Assembly (NCBI GenBank): GCA_028715015.1
Contig: JAQTLF010000001.1
Span: 29,243 to 93,242 of the forward strand
DNA length: 64,000 nt
Source: Candidatus Moraniibacteriota bacterium
GTDB lineage: Bacteria > Patescibacteriota > Minisyncoccia > Moranbacterales > GWC2-37-73
Reading direction: 5' to 3'
Of the stretch, positions 56,645 to 64,000 are shown piece after piece (the stretch's first letter is position 1; each line of letters begins with the position of its first letter). A program made the position numbers and the translations under genes. The notes beneath the pieces were generated by a model that worked only from the letters and a program-made list of their open reading frames with translations, ran no database searches and was not told the DNA's origin.

Positions 56645-56680
56645 GCAAAAAAGTTTTAATGTTTGCTTCCATTATATCAC

Positions 56681-56714
56681 AAAAAACATCCGCACTGAAT
56701 GGCGGATGTTTTTT
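56681..56714 (-). terminator. Intrinsic terminator of glyS
   Basis: AAAAAACATCCGC...GCGGATGTTTTTT. Confidence 0.85.
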
Positions 56715-56732
56715 GGCTGTTTTTGAAAATTT

Positions 56733-58136
56733 TTATTTCAATTTTTCAGCGAAGAATGTTGGCAGGTCGGCAATTTTCACACGCTCCTGCTGCATCGTGT
56801 CGCGGTCGCGGACTGTCACGGCACCATCTTCCAGCGAATCAAAATCCACAGTCACGCAATATGGTGTTCCGATCTCATCCTGGCGGCGATATCTTTTTCC
56901 CACATTTCCATTGTCATCAAACTCACACATGAAATCCATTTTCAATGTGTCAAAAATTTCCTTTGCTTTGGCAACCAATTCTGGCTTGTTTTTCATCAGC
57001 GGAAAGATTGCAACTTTGATCGGTGCCAGACGTTTGTCCAATTTCAACACAGTACGGACATCGCCATCATTTTCTTCTTGAGTGTACGCCTTATCAAGAA
57101 ACATCAAAAAGAGACGCGCCAATCCTGCGGAAGTTTCCATGATGTGCGGAATAAATCTCTCGCCAGTTTTTTCATCGAAGTATGAAAGATCAACTCCTGA
57201 AAATTTTGAATGTTGCGAAAGATCCCAATCGCCACGAGCATGAATTCCTTCAACCTCTTTAAAACCACCCAATGACTTGAAATTATATTCAACGTCATAA
57301 GCTTCGGATGCATAATGTGCCAATTTTTCATGCTCATACCAACGAATGTCTTCTTTTGCAATTCCATATTCCAAATACCAATTCCAACGAACCTGTTTCC
57401 AATCGTCATATTTTTCCTTCATGATGCTTGGATGCAAAAAGTATTGCATTTCCATTTGTTCAAATTCACGAGTGCGAAAAACAAATTGGCGAGCCACAAT
57501 CTCATTGCGAAATGCTTTTCCAACTTGCGCAATACCGAATGGCAATTTCACACGAGTGGAATCAACAGTGTTCTTATATTCCAAATAAATTCCTCCGCAT
57601 GTTTCAGGACGAAGATATACGACATTTTCCTCACTAAGCGCATCAGTGGGACTGCCAAGATTTGATTTTACCATCAAGGAAAATCTTTTCGCTTCGGTCA
57701 CATCGGTCGAACCGCAATTCTGACATTTCAATTTTCCAAGTTCACGAAGTTTATCAAGTTCAATGTTTATAAAATCAAGCGGTTGCTTGTCAGCATTTAT
57801 CCCAAAAAGTTCCAGCACATGATCTGCACGCATTCTGGCGTTACATTTTTTGCAATCAATTTGTGGATCATCAAAACTATCGATATGTCCGGAAGCTTTC
57901 CAGGTTGTCGGATGCATAAAGATGGCACTATCCAGACCCACGATATCATCGCGATATTGAACCATGTGCTTCCACCAAGCATCACGAATATTATTCTTCA
58001 AAAGCGTTCCATAATGACCATAGTCATAAATGGCAGCAAACCCTCCATAAATTTCCGATGACGGAAACACGAATCCGCGTCTTTTTGCTAATGAAACGAT
58101 TTCCTCCATTGCAGTCTGTTTTTTTTCTTCAGCCAT
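56733..58136 (-). CDS. glyS: Glycine-tRNA ligase, alpha2 (homodimeric) type
   Basis: KRRGFVFPSSEIYGG, YLRPET, GKAFRNEI, FRTREFEQME, IGKRYRRQDEIGTP-type C-terminus. Confidence 0.98.
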   Translation of the reverse strand: MAEEKKQTAMEEIVSLAKRRGFVFPSSEIYGGFAAIYDYGHYGTLLKNNIRDAWWKHMVQYRDDIVGLDSAIFMHPTTWKASGHIDSFDDPQIDCKKCNARMRADHVLELFGINADKQPLDFINIELDKLRELGKLKCQNCGSTDVTEAKRFSLMVKSNLGSPTDALSEENVVYLRPETCGGIYLEYKNTVDSTRVKLPFGIAQVGKAFRNEIVARQFVFRTREFEQMEMQYFLHPSIMKEKYDDWKQVRWNWYLEYGIAKEDIRWYEHEKLAHYASEAYDVEYNFKSLGGFKEVEGIHARGDWDLSQHSKFSGVDLSYFDEKTGERFIPHIMETSAGLARLFLMFLDKAYTQEENDGDVRTVLKLDKRLAPIKVAIFPLMKNKPELVAKAKEIFDTLKMDFMCEFDDNGNVGKRYRRQDEIGTPYCVTVDFDSLEDGAVTVRDRDTMQQERVKIADLPTFFAEKLK

Positions 58137-58278
58137 AGTTTTTACTGGAGCGAGGATATTTTTTCTTTTTTCACTCAAAACAAGTCACCTTGGTGTTATG
58201 TCAAAAGTTGCAATTGTTTTGCCGTGACAAAAAGAAAAATGTATCCGAGCGGTTTAAAATATAAATTTATAAATAATT

Positions 58279-58501
58279 AAAAAAAGACCCATCCTGCACA
58301 AACCAAAAATTAATTTGATATGCACGGGACGAGCCTTGAAACTTATTCATCTAGAGCTAGGAAGCTAAAGTCTGATAAGCTGTTTTGGTTCGCGGTTCCA
58401 CCCGACTTCCCCGACGAAAACATCGGGACCACTCTTTTCACGCAAATTCGATTTTCCTTTATACAAGGGAAAAGGTGCCACCCTCTTCATCTCATTCACA
58501 T
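58279..58501 (-). promoter_or_regulatory. Glycine T-box riboswitch with intrinsic terminator
   Basis: AAGTCGGGTGGAACCGCG (58408-58391), partner CTCGTCCC, Stem III TCCCGATG/CGTCGGGG preceded by GAGTGG, GGC at 58479-58477, terminator ending GGATGGGTC-T7. Confidence 0.9.
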
Positions 58502-58507
58502 ACATAT

Positions 58508-58548
58508 ATTATACTCCTATTGACAAAAAATGTCAAACGTATTACAAT
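58508..58548. promoter_or_regulatory. Overlapping divergent sigma70 promoters (glyS leader / DEAD helicase)
   Basis: Minus: TTGACA(58536-58531)-17-TATAAT(58513-58508); plus: TTGACA(58520-58525)-17-TACAAT(58543-58548). Confidence 0.85.
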
Positions 58549-58672
58549 AGCTTTTTATGTTAATACCTTCGGTTGTTTAGTCATCAAGTGTATATATGCA
58601 TAAAAAGATTTAATTTTTTATGCAATAAGAAAAGCTTCTGAAAATCTTTCAGCAGTTTTGATTATAATATAC

Positions 58673-59899
58673 ATGCATAGCAGAAACTTTAAGGCGGGCA
58701 GTTCACGCCCTCCGCGCTCAAGAGCGCCATTCCAAGGTGGACGAAAAAATCCTTTCAATAATGGCGGTGGAAGTGGACGCAAAAAGCGCTTCACTGGAAA
58801 CTACATCGACGTCAGCAGATTCATCAACAAGGCGGTTCCGCAAGTTGCTGAAGAAAAATATGTTCCTGATACGATTTTTGCTGATTTCAAAATAGAAGAG
58901 TCCATCAAAAAAAATATTGCTGCTCGCGGATTTGAACATCCGACTCCGATCCAAGACAAGACCATTCCTCACATTCTGGCTGGAAAAGATCTGATCGGAC
59001 TTGCCAACACAGGAACCGGAAAAACAGGAGCTTTCCTGCTTCCGATGCTTGATAAGATCATTAAAAATCCCAACGAGAAATTGTTGGTGGTTGTGCCGAC
59101 ACGAGAATTGGCAATCCAGATCCAGGAAGAATTCCGCGCTTTTGCCGCCGGTCTTCGAATCGGCAGCGTGGTGGTTGTCGGTGGAGCCAACATCCGCACC
59201 CAGATCGAGTGTCTGCGCTCACGCTACAATGTTGTCATCGGAACACCAGGACGTTTGAAAGATCTAATCCAACGCAAAAATCTTCATCTCAATTCTTTTG
59301 CCAATGTGGTGCTTGATGAGGCTGACAGAATGTTGGACATGGGATTCATGCCTGACGTGCGATATCTGCTTTCACTCATTGCTCCAAAAAGACAGACTTT
59401 GTTTTTCTCAGCCACCCTTGCTCCGGAAATTGAAAAATTGATCCAGGAATTCTTGAATGACCCGGTTAAAATTTCCATCAAGACCCGCGAAACATCTTCC
59501 AACATCGATCAAGATGTGGTGAGAGTGAAACCAGGCGAAGACAAGATCGAAGTTTTGCAAGACCTTCTCAGAAAAGCGAATTTTTCCAAAGTTCTGATTT
59601 TTTCCCGCACCAAACACGGAGCAGAAAAACTTTCAGTGATTTTGAGCAAAAACGGATTCAAAGCACAATCGATCCATGGAGACAAATCCCATGCCAAACG
59701 TCAGAAAGCTTTGAAATTGTTCAAGGAAAACTATGTCGAAATTTTGGTTGCCACTGATGTGGCCGCCCGAGGATTGGACATCCCTGATGTTTCCCATGTG
59801 ATCAACTTCGATGTTCCTGCCACCTATGATGACTATGTCCACCGCATCGGACGAACCGGACGAGCCGGCAAAACTGGAACGGCGCTGACATTTGTCTAA
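58673..59899 (+). CDS. DEAD-box RNA helicase
   Basis: PTPIQ, ANTGTGKT, PTRELA, TPGR, DEAD, SAT, ARGLD, HRIGRTGR. Confidence 0.98.
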   Translation: MHSRNFKAGSSRPPRSRAPFQGGRKNPFNNGGGSGRKKRFTGNYIDVSRFINKAVPQVAEEKYVPDTIFADFKIEESIKKNIAARGFEHPTPIQDKTIPHILAGKDLIGLANTGTGKTGAFLLPMLDKIIKNPNEKLLVVVPTRELAIQIQEEFRAFAAGLRIGSVVVVGGANIRTQIECLRSRYNVVIGTPGRLKDLIQRKNLHLNSFANVVLDEADRMLDMGFMPDVRYLLSLIAPKRQTLFFSATLAPEIEKLIQEFLNDPVKISIKTRETSSNIDQDVVRVKPGEDKIEVLQDLLRKANFSKVLIFSRTKHGAEKLSVILSKNGFKAQSIHGDKSHAKRQKALKLFKENYVEILVATDVAARGLDIPDVSHVINFDVPATYDDYVHRIGRTGRAGKTGTALTFV

Positions 59900-59911
59900 A
59901 AAATTTGCACA

Positions 59912-59950
59912 AACAAAAAAAGAAGTCTCGCTCGAGACTTCTTTTTTGTT
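59912..59950 (+). terminator. Intrinsic terminator
   Basis: AAAAAAGAAGTCTCG-CT-CGAGACTTCTTTTTT. Confidence 0.85.
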
Positions 59951-59958
59951 GAAATTTA

Positions 59959-60150
59959 TTGGTTCATACGCAATATATGGTTCTCTCTGACTTTTTTGCT
60001 TAGCCTATTTCCTTTTTCGGCACGCTTCGCAGTCGCAAGACCATGACTACTCGCTCGTCCTCGCTGTCGCTGCGGATGGCCTCAAAAGAAAACAGGCAAA
60101 GCAAAAAAACAAAAGTTAATATTTGAAATCATATATTGCGTATGAGCCAA
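59959..60150 (-). mobile_element. ~190-bp MITE-like element, copy 2
   Basis: TIR TTGGTTCATACGCAATATATG / CATATATTGCGTATGAGCCAA (21 bp, one mismatch). Confidence 0.8.
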
Positions 60151-60151
60151 A

Positions 60152-61321
60152 TTATTTTCCTGAAAGAATCTTGTTTATGACATTTTCATCCTGGCAAGAA
60201 TAGGAATTGTCAGGCGAATAGAATTTCTTTTTGGGCCCCCTGCAACCATTGTTTTCATTGTTGATGACACCGAACATGGGCATCATGAAGCCGGTTTTTC
60301 TGGTTGAAAACTTTTTGTACAAATTTTTGAGAGTTTGGGCTCTTGTCGACTGATCCATTCTGGCGAATATGTCCAGATCGTCACTCAAGATGCCAGTCCA
60401 ATCCAAATTCAAAAGCACATTGTTGGCTTTGCTGGAAAATTGGTCATTCCAAAGGAGCGCCCAACAACTTCCCCTGGTTGAAAGGCAAGCTCCGTCTTCC
60501 ACATTTCCTTGCGAATCAATGCCGACTCCGCCTTCGACATAGTCAAAAAGTTTGAGATATTTTTCATCGGTGATGTCGCCTGTCTGCGCCCCGATGATGA
60601 TGTCCACGCCTTGCTGACTGGCATAGTCGCGCATCTCCTGCACAATTTTGGGAGCAAAATCTTTGCTACCGCCACCCTCCTGCATATATATCTGTCCGAA
60701 AGTGAAACTCTGAACGCCAAGATCGATGGCTTTTCGTGTTATGTATTGCAAATATCTGCGATATTCCTTGCTGGAAAAAGTCGGTTTGCAAGTTCCCTCT
60801 CCCCAAGCATTGTTGCTGCCATCGCGACACATGGCTTTGAAATCAAATTCGTGACCGCTGTCAGCATCAGCATAATCACTTCTGACATTGATGGCTTCAG
60901 CGATGAACATGCCGAAGACCACATCTTTTTTGGTGATTTTATTCATGATATATTCCGCCTTCAAAAAATCTGGCGGAGTGAGCCATGTTTCGATGGATCT
61001 GTGCAAATAATAACAATTGGATCTGTTTATCAGATCGATGAATTTGTCATTTTCAGGATTGTATTCACTCAAAAGTCCGTCAGCCACACAGCCTTGGGAT
61101 TTTACTCTGTCCATGGAAACCGGCAAAGGTTTTGGTTTTTGCAAGATTTCAAATCTGGCCGCGATTGCTGCCTGATCATCAACTGGAACCGGTTGGGCAG
61201 CCTGGGCATTGTCGATGTTGATACTCTTAGTGCTTTCCTTGCCAAAGAAAAACCAGCCCGCAACAGAAATTGCCAGCAAAGAAAAAAACGAAACAAAAAA
61301 GATTATTTTTCCTTTTTTCAA
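60152..61321 (-). CDS. Exported hypothetical protein (membrane anchor + alpha/beta domain, 8 Cys)
   Basis: N-terminal TM helix; 389-aa ORF; no family recognised with confidence. Confidence 0.8.
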   Translation of the reverse strand: MKKGKIIFFVSFFSLLAISVAGWFFFGKESTKSINIDNAQAAQPVPVDDQAAIAARFEILQKPKPLPVSMDRVKSQGCVADGLLSEYNPENDKFIDLINRSNCYYLHRSIETWLTPPDFLKAEYIMNKITKKDVVFGMFIAEAINVRSDYADADSGHEFDFKAMCRDGSNNAWGEGTCKPTFSSKEYRRYLQYITRKAIDLGVQSFTFGQIYMQEGGGSKDFAPKIVQEMRDYASQQGVDIIIGAQTGDITDEKYLKLFDYVEGGVGIDSQGNVEDGACLSTRGSCWALLWNDQFSSKANNVLLNLDWTGILSDDLDIFARMDQSTRAQTLKNLYKKFSTRKTGFMMPMFGVINNENNGCRGPKKKFYSPDNSYSCQDENVINKILSGK

Positions 61322-61448
61322 GACTTTTTTGGTTATGTCTTAGACCATACAATTTAATACGCTTTCAGATCAAACATAATTTCTTTTCATATAAAAAAGG
61401 CACCCAAATTTGGATGCCCATTTTAAGGAAGCTTAATTCTGCACTGTT

Positions 61449-61565
61449 TCAGATATACATGTATAAATCCCAGTTTGGTTGTACATCATTGTCTGATGTT
61501 TGCAGATTAGCACCTTTCTTCATCTTTTCTTTTTTTGCACGTTTTTTTGATTTCTCGTTTTTCAT
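61449..61565 (-). CDS. Small basic orphan ORF, 38 aa (MKNEKSKKRAKKEK...WDLYMYI)
   Basis: SD AAGGAGG; followed by terminator GGGCATCCAAATTTGGGTGCC-TTTTTT (about 61421-61393); preceded by long hairpin 61632-61747. Confidence 0.5.
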   Translation of the reverse strand: MKNEKSKKRAKKEKMKKGANLQTSDNDVQPNWDLYMYI

Positions 61566-61810
61566 CTGCGCATCCTCCTTTTATGGAATGGCCTGCTTGA
61601 TAAAATCAATGATATCAAAAAATATTTTAGAACTTACGCATTTGCCCTCGACCAAACATCAAAGTTCATCATAAGCGGGTTTTTATGAAACAAAAATAAT
61701 CTTTGGGCTGACCTCACCTGATGTTTGGCTCGGACAAACGCGTAAGTCATATATTTATTATTTTAAACAACCATCAATATCACCAAATTTAAAACAAATC
61801 CAAATAAAAA

Positions 61811-63901
61811 TCAAATTCTGGGTTTGATGTCGGATTGCTCGCCGGCATTGAAAACGTTTTGGAAAAGTTCTTTGATTTGGTCATAGTTGTCGCCTTGAGG
61901 AAGCAAGATGTAGCCTGTTTCGGGGGTTGATTTCGGCGCATACAGCAATCCTTGTTTTGAATCTTCCAACACTTTCTGATAGATCTTGGGATTTTTCATG
62001 CCATTATACAGATCGAAAATCTTTCTCATTTCCCAAAGCTGCATGTCGGTCTGCACATTGTTTCCCAAATTGTCCAAAATGGCATTCACTTTTCCGAATT
62101 CGTTGAAATTGAGTTGGGTGACTTTTTGTTTGAGTTGTTGCAACAAAAGCTGTTGTCTTTTGGCTCTTTCAAAATCACTGGTCAGATAGCGTGAACGCAC
62201 AAAACAAAGCGCTTGCTGTCCGCCAAGCGTGTTTTTTCCGGCAGGCAGATGGAAGTCGCCTCCACATTCAGGATTTTTGTTTTTGCAAAGCGGATATTCA
62301 GCCGTGACTTTACCTTTCTTGTTTTTCTTGGTTTGAAATTCTCCAGTGGGAATGGTGTAGACATCCGGATCGCAAACATTGACATCAGCAAATTGGGCAC
62401 TTTCATCGAATGGTTTGGAAAGATCGATTTCAACTCCGCCAACAGTGTCGACCAATTGTGAAAAACCTTGAGTGCTGACAACCGCAGCATAGTCAATGGA
62501 AAGTCCGGAAATGTCACCAACCATTTTTTCCATGTCTGCAATTCCTTGTCCGGCGCCTTTTTCTTCGCCATATTCATAGACTGCATTGATTTTGCTTTTG
62601 GTGTTTTTGCCAGGATCAATGACCCACAAGTCTCGAGGGATTGAAACCAAGGAAATTTTGTTGGCTTTGGGAGAAATGCTGGCCACCATGATCGTGTCGG
62701 TGTTTAGTCCTCCTCCTGGATGATTAGCACCAAGAATTCCCAACAGAAGGATATTGATCCTGTCATCAGCCTCACCTTTCACTTGTCCCTGATTTGGCAG
62801 ACTTGCCTGCACGATGCTGCCGACAGATTCTCCTTTGGTGGAAATTTTATTCAAAGTGTTTTCAATTTTCCAAAAAAACATGGTTCCCGCAACAACAAAA
62901 AATGTCGCGATGACCCCGAAAGTGATCCACCATTTTCTGCTTTTGTTTTTCAGTTTACTGGCATGTTTTTTGGCATGGGCATGCACGTGATGGAGCCACA
63001 TTTTCTTGCCAACCGCAATCAAAATTCCGCGAACTCTTTTCCGAGAAAAAAATCTTACGATTTTTATAAGATATTTCCTGACAAAAATTAACACCAAAAG
63101 AAGTGTTCCACTTAAAATCAACAGCATGCCTTGTAATTGATGATTTGTTTTCAGTTTGCTCCAAAAAGTTTCAGTCTCCACTGTTTTTTTCTGAACGATA
63201 TTTTTGGGAAAATCAACAACAGTCGTCATGCTCTGTCCTGCCACCAATCCCTTGTATGAATAATCAGCCACCATATCCTTTTTACCCTCAAGCCGATCAA
63301 TGCAATCCATGGTGGCTTTGTGCAATCCGACAAAACATTGCTTGGTCACGTTTTCGCTGTCGATTTTTTGCGGAAGAGTCACTTTGATCTCCGGATATTT
63401 CACATAGACAGGCCATCTGTCACCGGTTATGTCCCAAAAAAATTCATCGTGGCCATTCAGAAATCTGATTGCTCCATTGGCGACATAGTGGATGATATAT
63501 GTCTTTGCGCCTGTCACAGATTCGCTTTGGTTTCCAAGGGCAATTCCCAGATACAATTTTTTCGAGTCGGCGCTCAAAACCCGCGATGTCGCAAAAACAT
63601 ATGGATTGTTGTTTTCATCAGTGACTGAAACATTGGAAACTTCCACTGAAAAATTCGATCCGTTCAGATCCTGATAATTCAAAGGCACATATCTGATCGG
63701 TCCAGGATTGGACTGCATCCCATTGTCATAACTTATTTTTTCCGTCACGGAAACTGTGGCATCCTGATTCACAACCATGTCCACCGCATATGACTCGATG
63801 TGTTCCACACCATCAGGAACAATGCTTTCGGCCTTGGCCTGAAAAGCAAAAATTTGCGCCCACAAAAAAAGACTGATTGAAAACAAAAATATTTTTTTCA
63901 T
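61811..63901 (-). CDS. DUF2207-like domain fused to LCP (LytR-CpsA-Psr) glycopolymer transferase
   Basis: I.SY.V...V..D....VTE.I.Y and FFWDITG..W (DUF2207-like); INILLLG, NTDTIMV, VSIPRDLWV, KINAVY, FVRSR...SDFER..RQQ (LCP). Confidence 0.88.
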   Translation of the reverse strand: MKKIFLFSISLFLWAQIFAFQAKAESIVPDGVEHIESYAVDMVVNQDATVSVTEKISYDNGMQSNPGPIRYVPLNYQDLNGSNFSVEVSNVSVTDENNNPYVFATSRVLSADSKKLYLGIALGNQSESVTGAKTYIIHYVANGAIRFLNGHDEFFWDITGDRWPVYVKYPEIKVTLPQKIDSENVTKQCFVGLHKATMDCIDRLEGKKDMVADYSYKGLVAGQSMTTVVDFPKNIVQKKTVETETFWSKLKTNHQLQGMLLILSGTLLLVLIFVRKYLIKIVRFFSRKRVRGILIAVGKKMWLHHVHAHAKKHASKLKNKSRKWWITFGVIATFFVVAGTMFFWKIENTLNKISTKGESVGSIVQASLPNQGQVKGEADDRINILLLGILGANHPGGGLNTDTIMVASISPKANKISLVSIPRDLWVIDPGKNTKSKINAVYEYGEEKGAGQGIADMEKMVGDISGLSIDYAAVVSTQGFSQLVDTVGGVEIDLSKPFDESAQFADVNVCDPDVYTIPTGEFQTKKNKKGKVTAEYPLCKNKNPECGGDFHLPAGKNTLGGQQALCFVRSRYLTSDFERAKRQQLLLQQLKQKVTQLNFNEFGKVNAILDNLGNNVQTDMQLWEMRKIFDLYNGMKNPKIYQKVLEDSKQGLLYAPKSTPETGYILLPQGDNYDQIKELFQNVFNAGEQSDIKPRI

Positions 63902-64000
63902 TTGGAATATATTATCTGGCAAAATCCTCAAATAACACAGAAATCCAGGTCACCAGACCGGATTTTTGGACTACTTCAACAACTGATTCAGTGTAGCATA

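Noticed and set aside
60509-61357. Long plus-strand ORF (282 aa) and the many other antisense ORFs such as 7003-7629, 13428-14138, 46529-47131
   Set aside because: They shadow well-supported minus-strand genes and show no recognisable motifs.
1-64000. Alternative genetic code (UGA=Gly) or selenocysteine
   Set aside because: Conserved genes are full length under code 11, several end in TGA, and hydrogenase motifs use ordinary Cys codons.

Overview
A 64-kb AT-rich chromosomal segment with almost all genes on the minus strand. It looks like a Patescibacteria/CPR (Parcubacteria-type, possibly Moranbacteria-like) genome. This is inferred from the missing rpmD/L30 between rpsE and rplO, trimmed AspRS/ProRS/PGK/L3, mostly SD-less starts and a DUF5671-like protein; it uses standard code 11. 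It carries tuf-S10-spc-secY-adk-map, rplJL, rpsP, glycolytic genes, four aminoacyl-tRNA synthetases, smc/scpAB, cell-wall genes, and a two-subunit group-3b-like NiFe hydrogenase cassette wedged between fba and gap. No rRNA, tRNA, CRISPR, transposase or prophage was seen. The most unusual signals are mostly non-coding or architectural: (1) a glycine T-box upstream of glyS whose Stem I appears to be an ultrashort hairpin with the GGC specifier in the apical loop, yet is coupled to an intrinsic terminator; (2) about 20 intergenic spacers filled by two-armed periodic 7-9-mer repeat hairpins, including three near-identical copies in the ribosomal operon, plus MITE-like elements, one nested in another; (3) a cluster of promoter-to-terminator small transcripts at 9.37-10.36 kb (structured ncRNA, boxB/boxA-led small ORFs); (4) a 768-aa SMC with no recognisable hinge; (5) a Cys-rich protein / unknown enzyme / 7TM histidine kinase operon.
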